Part shown: positions 48,547 to 62,155 of the stretch, one piece after another | How the letters are laid out: every line of letters begins with the position of its first letter | Numbering within the stretch: position 1 is the first letter of the stretch | Source: Negaprion brevirostris | Lineage: Eukaryota | DNA length: 64,000 nucleotides | Assembly (NCBI GenBank): GCA_030324005.1 | Contig: JARDVH010000084.1 | Location: forward strand, 39,784,585-39,848,584 | Reading direction: 5' to 3' | Made by a program: the position numbers and the translations under genes | The notes under the pieces: generated by a model | Told to the model about the DNA's origin: nothing | The model's database searches: none | What the model saw: only the letters and a program-made list of their open reading frames with translations

Positions 48547-49539
48547 ATGAAGCAAGAAGGGGACAACAGTCTTGAATAATTTGTATGAGTTCAGATGCTA
48601 GGAATGCACTCCATTGGGAGAATGTTTGTTGGGGGTGGGAAATAAAATGCTTTGCTGCAGTATTTAAAGGGCTGTATTAACTTTAAGGGACAACCATTAC
48701 CTCAGTAGCTTTGTTTACACAAAATGTAATTTTTACTCTAAAAATGTTTGCATGATTGTCACACGATCAAAGAAATCCTTCATTACAATTTCTGATAAGA
48801 ACATGCTGCTACTTAAGGTTAGAATCAGGATCAAGGCTTTTTTGGGAAGAGACAGATACAAGGTTCTAAAGTTAGACAGGCAACTCTTAGGGAGGACACA
48901 AGGAAAATGATCAATTCAGTTAATTTACAACTAAAAAATCTCATACCTGACTTCTCAATACTGGAAAACGTTTAACGACTTACCAGGTCAGGAACAGTGT
49001 TAAGTACATGTGGGATATATAATTACCTTGCTGCTCTAGGATTATTTTGCAGGCTACAATAACTGAACGGCAACAAAAAAAAATTATAATTAGAGGTTTC
49101 TTGTTATATTATTCAAAAGTGTTATGAACTCTGTTGTTATGCATATAAATCCAAAATGCCACATCACTCAATACTGCACTACAGTCAGTATAGCAAGCAT
49201 GCATCAGTCTGAAGTTTAGTGAGATATAAGAAATAAATTTAATGCCGGTAACTTAATTTAAAACCACAATGTTACCCATTTCTAAGCAATCATAAAAAAG
49301 AATGCTTCAGATCTTGACTGGATGTTTTAGTTTTCAGTAAAAAAAAGAGCAGTTGGATAGATTCTGTCATATAAGTATCAGGAAAACAATATTCATTATA
49401 AAATTAGATGCCGTGATCCATCTGCTAACTTTACTGCAAATCTGCTGCCGGATTATTGTATTCAAAAGACAAACCTGGGCAGACAAAAGGCAATGGGAAC
49501 TTTAAAAACCAATATCAATGACACAAATTTGATTTTGAC

Positions 49540-50700
49540 AGACTTAATCCCGAAAAGTGAGTTGATGCATTTTGGGAGGACTAACAAGGCAAGGGAATGA
49601 ACAAGGAAAGGTGGGATGCTCAGAAATACAGAAGACCAGAGGGATCTTGGGGTGCATGCCCAATGATCCCTGAAGATAGCAGGAAGGGAAGATAAGGTGG
49701 TTAAGAAGGCATATGGAATACTTGCCTTTATTAGTCAAGGCAGAGAATATAAGAGCAGGTAGGTTATGACGGACCTTCATAAAACATATTGCTACAGTAC
49801 TGCATGCAATTCGGTTTACCACACTATAGGAAGGATGTAACTGCACATAGAAAGGGTGCAGAGGAGATTTACCAGGATGTTGCCTGGGCTGGACTGTTTC
49901 AGTTATGAAGAGAGACTGGATAGGCTGAGGTTATTTTTGAGCAGAGGATGCTGAGGAGGTTCCTCGTCGATGTGCATAAAATTATAAAATTATAAGGGAC
50001 AGAAAAAGAGCAGATAGGAAGAAATGCAGATAGGAAGAAATGCTTCCCCGGAGCAGTGTGGTCAATAACCAAGGGGCACAGACTTAAGGTTAGGAGCAGA
50101 GAAGATTTAAAGGGGATTGGAGGAAAAACATTTTCACCCAGAAGGTGGTGGGAAGCTGGGACTCATTGTCTGAAGTGGCAGAGACAAGGACCCTCACAAC
50201 ATCTATGAAGCATTTAGATGAACACTTGAAATGCCATAGCAGGCAAGTATATTGACAAAGTGCTGGAAAATGGGATTAGAATAGATTGGTGTTTGATGGC
50301 CGGCACAGACATGGTGAACCAAAGGGCCTCTTTTTTTTTTATTCATTCATGGGACATGGGTGACACTGGCTTACCAGCATTTATTGCCTATTTCTAGTTG
50401 TCCTTGGAGGGGCAATCGCATTGCTGTGGCTCTGGAGTAAGCATGTAGGCCAGACCAGGTAAGCATGGTAGATTTCCTTCCCTAAAGGACATTACTGAAC
50501 CAGATGGCTTTTTCTGACAATCAATAATGGTTTCACGGTCATCAGTAGATCCTTAATTTTCGATATTCTTTATTGAATTCAAATTCCACCATCTGCCATG
50601 GCAGGATTCGAACCCGAGTCCCCAGAACATTAGCTGAGCTTCGGGATTAATAGTCTAGTGATAATACCATTAGGCCATTGCCTCTTTCTGTGCTGTAAAA
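49540..50700 (+). mobile_element. CR1 3' fragment with a SINE inserted in its tail
   Basis: EDQRDLGVH, VVKKAYGILAFISQGREYKS and FSYEERLDRL motifs; tail resumes after 50683. Confidence 0.88.
50330..50683 (-). mobile_element. tRNA SINE, second family
   Basis: Minus head GAGGCAATGGCCTAATGGTATTATCACTAGAC...GGGTTCGAATCC; poly(A)-like end; GCCTCTTT on both flanks is a possible target-site duplication. Confidence 0.88.
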
Positions 50701-52574
50701 CTACCTATTGAGCTGGCTACATTTTTTTCCTAAGTGCATTCCATTGTATCTTTGTACCCTTTCCAACAGAGTTGTTATTCAATAAAAGTAAGCAAATTTG
50801 CATGAATACTTAACAACAATACAGTTATACTGGTTGCTATAATTGTCCCATCAACTCTGTAAACATTTTTCTCAACAGTTCCTCCATTTTCTCCTGATGG
50901 TATTGCCTCTTTTTTGAAATGTGGTTCAATGAGTACCACTGATACTTTACTCATGTGATTATTCTTCATGTGAGTGACCCTGGGCAGCATTGCTGAGTTC
51001 ATCTTGTCCTCACTACCATCTATTCGCACAATACCATTAGTGATTGCTGGACCATGATTAGGAGAGAGAATCCTAAGCTGAAATGCTCCACCATCCTCCT
51101 CCCACTGTCACAAAATTTGCTTTGACCAATCATGGTGTACCTAACGCCAATCCAGCTAAAATCAGTCAAATTGGACAGGGTGAGGATCAAGCCTGGAGCA
51201 ATCCTGATCAGTGTGACTTAGGTACTCATTGGATAAAATCTGTACCACTGAATATGGTTCACCACAAATTTAACAGAGTGGGCAACATGGCAGGCTTTGA
51301 GTAGAGTTTGAGAGTGGGTTGCTCAGAAGCAAAAATACCTGAAATTTTTTGCAATGTAGTGATCTGAATCCTTTGGTAAAAGGCTTCAAACTGTAAGGAG
51401 GAATCGAAATGTGAATGAATCTGAATGTAAACATTTGTCTATTTGATCAGTTTGGATGTCTTTTCCACACTAAACTACCTTAAATGCAATTATAGCAAAA
51501 AGAGATCAACGAGTGTTTTAATTTCATATTAATCATGTTGAAAACATCCAAATATATTCAAAATTAATTCCTCTGGCATTTGGATATAAACCCTAATTCT
51601 ATGGTAAGCCGCAATCTTAATCTAATAATCATCTATTGAAAATACATGTATTAATGGCAAGTTATATCTTGGTATTAAATTGTGGATTAATTAGTAAGTG
51701 AAAANNNNNNNNNNNNNNNNNNNNNNNNNNNNNNNNNNNNNNNNNNNNNNNNNNNNNNNNNNNNNNNNNNNNNNNNNNNNNNNNNNNNNNNNNNNNNNNN
51801 NNNNNNNNNNNNNNNNNNNNNNNNNNNNNNNNNNNNNNNNNNNNNNNNNNNNNNNNNNNNNNNNNNNNNNNNNNNNNNNNNNNNNNNNNNNNNNNNNNNN
51901 NNNNNNNNNNNNNNNNNNNNNNNNNNNNNNNNNNNNNNNNNNNNNNNNNNNNNNNNNNNNNNNNNNNNNNNNNNNNNNNNNNNNNNNNNNNNNNNNNNNN
52001 NNNNNNNNNNNNNNNNNNNNNNNNNNNNNNNAAGGCAAATGTGAAATGGTCGACAAAAATTACGGATGGACCTCACAAATTACATCTTCCAATTGCTTGT
52101 TTTTCCCACTGAATTCTTTGCTCTGTTTGCAATTTCACACCTTCACTTGTCGAACATTTAGCAAAGAGTCAAGAAGCCTCAGCTTTTCTTCAGTACTGCC
52201 AATTATATTCCCTTGCTACATTTCACAGTAAATTTCTATCTCAGAGCTCTCTAATTCAGTGTGGCGCATTGGTAATGACCTGAACGGTAGATGTTTCACA
52301 CATACATATTTAATTACAGCAGCTGAACAAATTACATATTTATGCTTTATAAAGAAGATTGTCATTCTAATTCATTTGCTATGCATGCAGGTACAAGACT
52401 CCCATCTGTGACTGCATCTGCACAACAAGGGGCTTTCATGGGATAACATGCTGTTAGCAGAAACAGTGAAACCTGTATTAAATGGTCATTCTCCAGACTG
52501 TCAAAAAAAACGGCATCAAGGGATTGCTTCTTTATCCAGAATGGTCAAACTGGCCCATNNNNNNNNNNAATAGG

Positions 52575-52692
52575 AACAAATAAAAGACTCAGCAGGTCAA
52601 GCAGCATCAGTGAAGGGAAGAGTTAACATTTCAGGTCAATGACCTGAGAGGATGCTGCCCAACCTGTTGAGTTTTTCAAGTTTTATTGTTCT
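52575..52692. mobile_element. Penelope-terminus-derived fold-back element
   Basis: ACTCAGCAGGTCAAGCAGCATC ... GATGCTGCCCAACCTGTTGAGT. Confidence 0.7.
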
Positions 52693-54067
52693 TACAACCC
52701 ATTTGTCAGTTTATTATATCGATACGGTACAATCAGCACTTGGCTGTTGTAATGATTACAGCATACAACACCTAATGGACAAAAGCTTCCCTCGTTAATA
52801 TTTTGCAGAGGTATCTCAAGAAACTTTTAATATTAACTTTGTAAACATCAATCTTTAATTATCTCACAGCATAGCAGCAACTGAACTCAGTGATTAGATA
52901 TTTGCACCGGCAACCTAACACTGGTACACAAACTGAATAAATTAATATGTATTAAAACAAAATCTACATTATAAACAATAAAATAGACACAGAAACTATT
53001 TACACTGCAAAATAATCGTGGTCAGATGGTTATTATAAGCTCTGCTTTTGTGGTTTGGTATGAAATAACTACATTTAATCACTTCCAGGCATGTATTAAC
53101 TTTACGTTCCCTTTCCTCCACCACCACCCTCCCCCCACCCCCTTTCTCTTTTAAAATGGTGTACTAATGGTTGACAGGGTGTTTTTAGGGCCCCTGTATT
53201 AAAATATCATCCCCAGTTCTATTGTATATGAATTAATTCCCCAGTGGCCATTATAGTAATCAGTTCTGGCTCTCCATTATTCTCTGGAGAAATAATCATG
53301 TGAGGTGTTGATTACTGTCCACAACATCCCTCTCAGTTTGTTTTTTATGTAGAAAGTTACCAATGAACACCAATGAAGAAAGACTGAATGCGTGACACAC
53401 TTGTCCAAGGAGATCACACTGGTGATCAAGAGTTGTGACTAATGCATAAGCGCTAATTGGTCTTTTTGCATATGTGAACAAATATCCCGTATTCATTGGG
53501 TTTTGATAATTATTCAGATATATCAAAAAGTCAGGTTAAGTAGAGTGTATTGGATTGCTGAAAGATGAACAACGACGCAACATAATGCTTGGAACTGAAA
53601 TACAGACAAAAGTATCAAATCACTATTCTGAAGATGATTTTATTTTAGGTTTAGTTTATATTTGGTGGAACTGNNNNNNNNNNNNNNNNNNNNNNNNNNN
53701 NNNNNNNNNNNNNNNNNNNNNNNNNNNNNNNNNNNNNNNNNNNNNNNNNNNNNNNNNNNNNNNNNNNNNNNNNNNNNNNNNNNNNNNNNNNNNNNNNNNN
53801 NNNNNNNNNNNNNNNNNNNNNNNNNNNNNNNNNNNNNNNNNNNNNNNNNNNNNNNNNNNNNNNNNNNNNNNNNNNNNNNNNNNNNNNNNNNNNNNNNNNN
53901 NNNNNNNNNNNNNNNNNNNNNNNNNNNNNNNNNNNNNNNNNNNNNNNNNNNNNNNNNNNNNNNNNNNNNNNNNNNNNNNNNNNNNNNNNNNNNNNNNNNN
54001 NNNNNNNNNNNNNNNNNNNNNNNNNNNNNNNNNNNNNNNNNNNNNNNNNNNNNNNNNNNNNNNNNNA

Positions 54068-54150
54068 AACTCCTCACAAACAGTGACCTGAGGTCGGAAT
54101 TGAACCGGGGTCCCTGGTGCCAAGAGTCAGCAGTGCTAACCACTGTGCAC
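54068..54150 (-). mobile_element. V-SINE head (remainder in gap)
   Basis: Minus GCACAGTGGTTAGCACTGCTG...CAGGGACCCCGGTTCAATTCC. Confidence 0.85.
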
Positions 54151-55419
54151 ATACAGGACCAGAGTCTATTGTAGTTCTTTGAGATCTGCTTCCCCACACC
54201 TGCAGCCTTCCCTATTCTCCAGACACGAAGCTGCATGTTCCGCCGACAGATAATCCAAAATCCAAGAATGTTCAAAATCCAGCACAGTCTCGGTCCCGAG
54301 GGTGCCAGATATTGGACATCGGAGCTGTTTGCTATGCCCTCATTCTTTCAAGGCAGGGTTTGCATTTTAAACTGAATGTGAACCACATTTGTTTAGCTCC
54401 TGCTCGCTGGCAGTTAATCTTGTTGTTTCTACATGTAAATTGATACCACTGTGAAGGTAGTATTTCCTTTCTGGATTGGGATTTTCATAGTATCAATTTA
54501 TAATGCAGATCACGTACTCATTCACACGTTAGCAAGTTTTATACACCTTTTACTTGGTCAATATAATGGCAAGAGTGAACTTGTTTCATTTGAATTCATT
54601 CTCATACTTCAGTGTTGCTGATCTTAAACTGGCTCATCCAGTCAAGTTATTTCAGGTGAAAAAAAGGACCAATAGATTAACTTCACTGTGATTTTAAGAT
54701 TTGTTCGGTAAATGGGTTTACGTGATATGAAAACCTTTAATCTCACTGAATGCCACCTTTGCTAATAGCAAAGAAAATCCATTATCTCGTGCTTCCCAAA
54801 GTTTATGCAGTGAAACAAACAAATTAGTTCAGGCTATTGCAGTGGCAAGAAGCAGTGTAATTACACTTTAATTAGGGCTATCAGCGGCTTCCATAATCTG
54901 CTAGGCTCCTGCCAAAGCAGACAGAGAAGCAATACAGGGGCCGATACATAAACGATTGGAAGAACAGCTGGCCTCGCTTGTAAAGTACTTAAAACCAAAG
55001 GTACTACATGCTTTTTATGAGATAACGATCTTAACTGGTTAAATTTGGCTCATCCTTGTAAGAGTAAACTCATCAGGTTGAAACTACTGTGTTTACCAGA
55101 TCCATTAGAGAGCGACAGAGATTGAAATCACATTGTCACTTCAGTTATGTTTGTTGTTGCTTCCTGAAGTGACTTTCTTTGATAGCAATTTCTGTAACTG
55201 TCAGATCACCCTGACTTGTACTTGAGAATGGGTATCATTATAGGCATGCACTTGTTTGGATGGCATTTCATATACAACCCATAAGAGAACAGATTCATTC
55301 GGAAAGGTTTTCCACATCATAACGAGAAAGCATAATAGTAATAACTAAAATAAAGAGCTGGGCAAAAATATAGGTTAGATAACTCCTTTACAAGACTTCT
55401 TTCCAAATACAGTTACAAA

Positions 55420-56056
55420 AATCATTTCATGTCCACAAAGTGCCCCAAAACATTTTACAGCCAACACAGTACCTTTTTCTTAAAAAAATGTTGTAATGTA
55501 GGAAATGCAGCAGCCAATTTGCACATAGAAGGACCCCAAATACAGCAATGTGATTTTGAAAAATGAAGTTGGGTCAGGAAAAATTATTGACCAGGGTGCA
55601 TGGCCAGAAATTCCCATCCCTTCTTGCAAATAGTGCCAATCCCCAGATAGGACAAACAGCATCTCAGTTTAAGCAAAAGACAATGGCCGGGATTCTCCTG
55701 AGAAATATCTAAGTGCTGCTGTCAGTGGGAAATCCGGAATACACGGAGGCCAGAGCATCTGGCCTCAAACCCAGTAATTATATTCAAACGCATTCAAATC
55801 AGCTGTGATCTGATGCTCACCCACTCTGGGTGAGAACTTGACCGGGGTAGGTGTGGCAGGCTGGGAGACTCGCAACAGGTTTGACAATCGGTGAGAACCC
55901 TGATTTGGCCTCTGAAGAATCACGCCTAACATCTCCAAAAGCACAGCATTCCCTCAGCATCAGCCAACATTTACTACTCAGTCCTCTGCAGAGGGACTTG
56001 TAACCCAAGGAAAAGCTCAAATTCAGAGATGAGAGTGCTGCTTACTGAGCCAAAGC
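55420..56056 (-). mobile_element. Deu-domain SINE split by a MITE
   Basis: TTGTAATGTAGGAAATGCAGCAGCCAATTTGCAC; head GAGAGTGCTGCTTACTGAGCCA at the right end. Confidence 0.75.
55685..55926. mobile_element. Harbinger-type MITE
   Basis: Imperfect TIRs GGCCGGGATTCTCC ... GAAGAATCACGCC. Confidence 0.6.
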
Positions 56057-56804
56057 AGGAGAAAAATTTAACTTCAAACGAAAGCTTGAGAGAGAATTAC
56101 ACTGGAGAATGAATGTTGAAAAATGGTTAGTCTTTCTACAAGGTTCAAATTTAAGCAGTCCATCAACATCCTGCCATTTTCTATGGATGTACAAGAAAAA
56201 CATGGAGTAGCTTTGACAATAATATTAGAGAAAGGCCAAGTTGAATAAATTAAGAGAAATTCACAGTCTGTGATTTGGATATGCTGGGATCGTGGTTGAT
56301 TGTACTGTCCAGTGATGCCTCCATCGCAGTGTACAAAGTCAGTGGCAAGGCACTCATACACATTGAGTTGGCAGGCTCCTGGTTTACTGGGTGTAGGGAC
56401 ACAGCACCTGAATCTCCACCTCATGCATTCAAAAATAACCCAGTGCTACTTGCTAACTTGCAAGTAGAAACTAGAGTAGAAACTAGAAACTAAAGCTGTC
56501 ACCTAGACACATCCTTCCTGGAAACACACCCCTTGAGATTATCAAAACCTCCTTTTGGGGGTCTGGGCCTTTTCCCACATCAGAATTTCCCCACTGATCA
56601 TCCACACTGGGGTCCACTTGTGCATAACTCAAGGTTGGTATCTCACTCAGCATAATATATTCACGAGCTGGGGAAGTGGTGATCTCAGGACTGGGAGCCC
56701 AAGCTCCTAATATCAGTAGTCTCACATGGGAGGGTAGAAGTTGCACAAGATCCTGGAATCACAAAGGACCCATCCCAAGCAGGCCTTTGTTGTATTCCAA
56801 AATC

Positions 56805-56903
56805 AATAAAAGGTAACTGGCCCGAAACTTTAATTCTGTTCCTCTCTTCACATACACTGCATGACCTGATGAACATTTCCAGCATTTTTCATTTTCATTT
56901 CTG
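56805..56903 (+). mobile_element. Penelope terminal-repeat fragment
   Basis: GCCCGAAACTTTAATTCTGTTCCTCTC..GACCTGATGAACATTTCCAGCATTTT. Confidence 0.6.
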
Positions 56904-57194
56904 TTATAGTCCAATTGATTTGACTGTTGGAGTTATAATGGGATATGGCAGAAACTTCAAGAAAATTCAGACTGCTTGGTTTAAAAAAGACTGAATTCCA
57001 ATTCACTTACTATGCAATTGAATACAAGAATAGACATCATATAATGAAATAACTAACTTTTAAAATTAAAAAAAAACTAATAATGTCTAAACTTTCCACC
57101 TGGTATTACTTTAGACTCTGCAAATAAAGAATTTATTATGAATGAGTTACCATCAGTGCTAAAATAATGCTTTTTGGAATATCTTGGTCTAAGA

Positions 57195-57540
57195 GTTAGC
57201 TGTGCATCAGAGTCAGAAATCTCAGATTGGAGTACTCAGTCCAGGCTGCAGAACCAAGCTAACGCTGCACTATCTACATGTTCCAGTGGCCTTGTTGATT
57301 ATGAGTAATTCAATAAGTGGGGAGTTCTCCTAATTTCTTCATCAACAATCCTCCCTCAGCCACCTGCACCAAAAACAGAAGAACTAATGATCCACCTAAT
57401 TGCTGTTTGTGAGACATTGCTATGCACAGAACAACTGATGTATTTAACAATATAATAGCAGGAACTGCACTTCAAGGCTCCATGTGAAATATGTTGGGAT
57501 ATTGCTGAGGGATGCTATAAATACAACTTCCTTTCTTGTT
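57195..57540 (+). mobile_element. Old Deu-domain SINE
   Basis: GGAGTTCTCC...AAAAACAGA..ATTGCTGTTTGTGAGACATTGCTATGCAC...GATGCTATAAATACAA. Confidence 0.65.
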
Positions 57541-59261
57541 TAGTTTCAAAGGGCAGTGTAATGTCTAGTGGTTAATCATAGTTCAGCCAAAGACTTTAGT
57601 GCAGAAAAGCTGAAGCTCACGTCCATCCACCTGAAGTCTCAAAGGTTGGCCATACCACAGTTTCTAATTCTCATAATTCAGATGAGCTCCCTCGGAGAAA
57701 ACTTTGTGCAAATCGATTGTAGAATGTGACTTCAGGTAATGTCACTTGGGTGGCAGAAAGGCCTCAGGGTCCTCTGGTGATACAACCAGAGTCCTGCCTA
57801 TCAGACTGAGAAAGGACATGAGGGCTACAGGCCCCAAGAGAGGACAGCCTAGCAAAAGGTAATAAACATCACTGCTCTGGTACCAAGTACAGCAAATCTG
57901 AGCTGCAAAATACATACGGTCACATTTGGCCTGTCAACAGAACAGCAGTCAATCAATACCTTGCAAAAAGGCTGTACAGTGAGCATATCAGCCAGTGATC
58001 TCCCTACACATTGTGATGTGTTGTCCTCCATGAGCTGGAGGCCAGCTCATTCTTGGCTGTACTGAAAGTTGTCCTTCACTCAATGACTTAAATTGGAACT
58101 CATCTCACCAAAGATCTCACCTGGAAATAATTAGAAGCATACACCTATTATAACCTTCATTGTGATCTGCTTTATAAGACCTGTATTTTACTGAATCTCA
58201 TGTCCACCAGCTCAGATACTGACATTAAACAATGGAAACTGTGACTATGCATCATAGTAGGATTCACAAGCATGGAAACGAAATTAAACTTCCTTGCTGG
58301 AAAGAATGGGCTTCAAGCTCTGTGCAATGCCCTGTGTGAAGTTGGTGTGAAGCTCTGCATGCTCCTTTGCACTCAGTGCTTTTTTATCAGGTTTCCTAAT
58401 GCACCAAGTAATTTGTTGTTCACACCTATCAGTGTTCTTCTGCGGCCCTACCCAAAGTCCTCTTCTGCACAACCTGCGAGCAACTTTGCCCTCTGGTGAG
58501 CTCGCATTTGAACTACCCTGGCCCTCTCCATCGGCAGCAGCCCATGCATGCCCAATTTCTCAACCCGTACAGATTACACTTCTAATCTATCCTCTAATAC
58601 AGGCACAGTGTCAGTATCTGAGTTGGCAGCTGTGAGCGTGGAACTAAATGATAGTGTCGTGACTTCATCATCACTGTCTTCTTTGTGTTCCTCTACTGCC
58701 TGGCCAGGCTGCACTCTTGGGTATCTGAAAGGAAAAAGGCACAAAGATAAGATTGTTGTGGGGAGGACAAAGAAAGAGGTAAATGCTCACATCATCTTCA
58801 GCTTGCACATCAGAGGAGAATGGAGGAGGAACAGGAGATGGTATGCCTGTTGAAAATGAGTTATGGAGACACCATCATCGTTGATGGTTTCACTCCACCA
58901 CTGGCCACAACAACGGGTTGTACAGTGATTGTCAGCACCTATTCCTTCGTAGATTTAGGACATGCAAGCACACCTGTCACCCTCCAGTTGCCTCCTGCTG
59001 CATCCAGTTATTACACCACCTTCTACTACAATAGTGAATGTGTGAATGTCATGCAATTATTTTGGCTGATGCGGCTGTCATGCTGACAGTGTGAGCAACA
59101 TGTAAAATGTGAGTTTGATGCTTGCCGCAGTGCTAAATATGTGTGAGGATGAGGTGAAGTATATGAACGTTAGGTACGAGATCTGATTGAAAGGAATTGT
59201 TGGTAGGTGAGCAGTAGGAATGTGGGGATTTAAGCGGTGGCTAAGATTACTTCTGCAACAA

Positions 59262-59577
59262 GGCGGCATGGTGGCACAGTGGTTAGCATTGCTTCCTCAC
59301 AGCGCCAGGGACTCTGGTTCAATTTCCGGTTTGTCTGTGCAGCGTCTACACCTTCTCCCCGTCTGCATGGGTTTCCTCGGGGTGCTCCGGTTTCCGCCCA
59401 CAATCCAAAAGATACACCGGTTACGTACATTGGCCATGCTAAATTCTCCCTCAATGTACCCGAACAGGTGCCGGCGTGTGGCGACTAGTGGATTTTCCCA
59501 GTAACTTTGTTGCAGTATTAATGTAAGCCTACTTGCGACACTAATAAATAAACCTTAAACTTAAAAGTTTAAACTTA
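59262..59577 (+). mobile_element. V-SINE-type SINE, alternative tail, within the Harbinger intron
   Basis: GGCGGCATGGTGGCACAGTGGTTAGC...GTGTGGCGACTAG..AGTAACTT..TAATGTAAGCCTACTTGCGACACTAATAAAT. Confidence 0.9.
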
Positions 59578-59599
59578 ATCTGGTAGGACATAGCATTTG

Positions 59600-59960
59600 A
59601 ATCACAGAATTATTACAACATAAAAGGAGCTCATTCAGTCCATTGCTCTTTCAGAGAAATAGTACAGGGTCAATGTAGACAATCCCAATTCCCTACCCTT
59701 ACCTCAAAATTCTGCAAATCTTGTCCAGTTCCCCTTTGAAGGCTACAACTGAATCTGCGTCCACCACCCACTGAAGCAGTGCATTCCAGATCCTAACCAA
59801 ATGTTGTGTAAAATAACACTAAATGTATCCTCTGCTTCTCAATCCTTCTGCCAACAGGAACAAATTCCATCTACACATCATCATTTTGACGTCTCTATCA
59901 ATTTTTTCCTCATCCTTCTTGAAGGAGAACAATCCCAGTTTTTCCAATTTATCCACAGGT
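59600..59960 (-). mobile_element. CR1 3' fragment within the Harbinger intron
   Basis: Minus translation PVDKLEKLGLFSFKK; GAATCTGCGTCCACCACC...GCAGTGCATTCCAGATCCTAACCA. Confidence 0.8.
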
Positions 59961-62155
59961 GTATTTTTTAATCTTGACCACTTGTGAAGTGACTGAACAT
60001 CTTGCAGCGCTGCTTCCAAGTTTTCAGTGCTTGATTTCTTGCATTGATCCTCCAAGGCTTTCTGTTCCTACTGCCTTTTGACTGTATTTGGAGGGCCTTC
60101 CTTCTGCACTGCGGATGCAAGACATCCTTCCACTTTGTCCTTCAAGATCTCCAGCGCAGCATCTGAAAACGTTGGGAGTCCGCTATCTCCCATGATTGCC
60201 ATCCTCATTGTTTCCTGGGTCAGATTCTCTTTAACCTCACACCCAGTATCTGTTTCAGCAACAATGTGCCTCCCCTTTAAGAGATGCGGGCTGCTTTATA
60301 TAGTATAATTTAGACTTTACTGGTGCTAGTGCAATTAGCAGTGGCTGGACACAGACATCATTCAGATAAACAGGCTGCATGAAGATGATGTGCTGCCTGC
60401 ATCACAATTGACAGTCTTGGGTCAATAAAAAAAAACATGATCTCCATGTCCATTTTCAAGAGCTCTATAACTTAGCCTTATGGAACTAGAAAAAAAATCC
60501 CGAAGCAACAGTTTTCTTTTTGTGAATCATTAATGCAATCCCTTAATCATATGCCGGCCGATGGTCCTCAAAGTCACTCAGAACATTTTACTAAAGTCAT
60601 CTTTATGTCAAAAGTGACATTACAAAAGATGAAAAGCATTAGTATGAAGAAAAAAAAACAGACAGCGATCAATGGATTTAATTATTTACAATATATTTCT
60701 TGAAAAATGAATAAGATGAAGAGATGCAAGTCGTCAGATTGAACTGCGAGAGATGTCAACAATGATATGAGACACATGCTAATTACAAATTGCCTGTCTC
60801 TCTTTCTTTGAGATTCAACAAAGTCCGTCAAACAGCTGAGTGGGCTCAGTTCACCAGTCTGGCTGCTCTGGGGACCCTGTAATGCAGGCATTGATCTTTA
60901 CTAATTCACTGTACTAAGCTTTATCAAGAAGGTACAATGAGAGCTTTCAATTTTTAACCTGGTGACATCTTTTACAAGCTAATGCAGAGATTGCATTTTT
61001 TTCACCCTGCATATTAAGAAATCATATAATGACAGCTCTTTCAGCCTGGCTAGAAGCTTCGCGTGATTTATGTTATTTCTCTGCACTTATTTCAATCACC
61101 TTGATTTTTAAGTACAAGTGAAAAGAGAATGTCAGTCACCTCTTACAAGCAAAGTACTTAGTGATTCGCCAGCTTAGTCCTTATGGCCAAAATGCCTGGT
61201 CAAGCAAATCCACTGCCCACTCGTTTCCTAAGTGTCAATCAAAAGCCACCTTTAAACCCTACCCTCTCCAAGCCCCAACTCTGTTCAGGGACAGGGAAAC
61301 ATATTAGAACATTGTATACAAATGCAGGCTAATCCCAGATTATTCTTTCATGATTTTGCATACTAAAATGCAGCAAATTTATTTTAACCTGATAAATTAT
61401 GTTTTACTGGAAGAATCCATGCCACCTGTGACAATTTTGGTCATGACCATATCATCAGTAAAACGCTTAACAATATTTTCTAGCAATAAAGAAAATGTTG
61501 AACTTTAATGCATAAGTATAACTTGTTCTCCTTTCTTCACCCTTCCTCCCAAAAAACATAACTAAATCACAATAAAAAAACTGCATTTGTGGCATAAACC
61601 TGAAAAGCCACATGGATACTGAGCAGAGGTAAGAACTGAAACCAGATATTGACATGTGCATCCCTAATTGAAACATATCTGAGAACAGTGAATAACCAAC
61701 CATGCTACTTCACTTCAAGTGCACACTCCACTCAACCCATCAAGTGTTCCTGTCTTCCCACCTGTAATCGAGGCAGAAAGCTTTGCCAAATGTCAGAAAT
61801 GAATTGCAGTTTGATTACTGGTTACTGTGAACCAAATCCTACCTTGTCCCTCCTTGCTCTTAAAAAAGTGAGAAAATCAAAAGGCAAAATTGTTGAAGTT
61901 CTGTTCTCTGAATTTATAACAAGTTATATTGAGCAGAATGTTAACATCATAAGATTTGAAAATTCTTACCGAGACAGTGAGAAAATGTCAGAAGGATTGC
62001 TATTTTCTATTATCTAGTTAGCACATACAAATCTTTTGAACTAGCATTTGACTCTTGACTACTTTCAATACAAACGTTCCAGGACATCATCAAATGGCAA
62101 CCTCCCTCCTGTACAATTAGTGACTCATTGTTGATCTGCTAATGTATATAACACA

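Larger units (their letters stand above)
57850..60202 (-). pseudogene. Decayed intron-containing Myb/SANT-like DNA-binding protein gene of a PIF/Harbinger transposon
   Basis: Exon 1 (~60202-59973) PTFSDAALEIL...TWKQRCKMF; exon 2 (59025-58873) QQEATGG...TINDD; exon 3 from 58724 DTQE..EEHKEDSDDE..TAANSDTDT; GT-AG intron with a consistent phase-1 junction; stops and frameshifts. Confidence 0.75.

Noticed and set aside
58548-59086. Plus-strand Ser/Thr-rich ORFs
   Set aside because: Antisense shadows of the minus-strand Harbinger Myb/SANT exons.
61840-61862. Possible minus-strand micro-exon
   Set aside because: About 16 nt, not frame-preserving, with a weak AAG acceptor and no supporting neighbouring exons.
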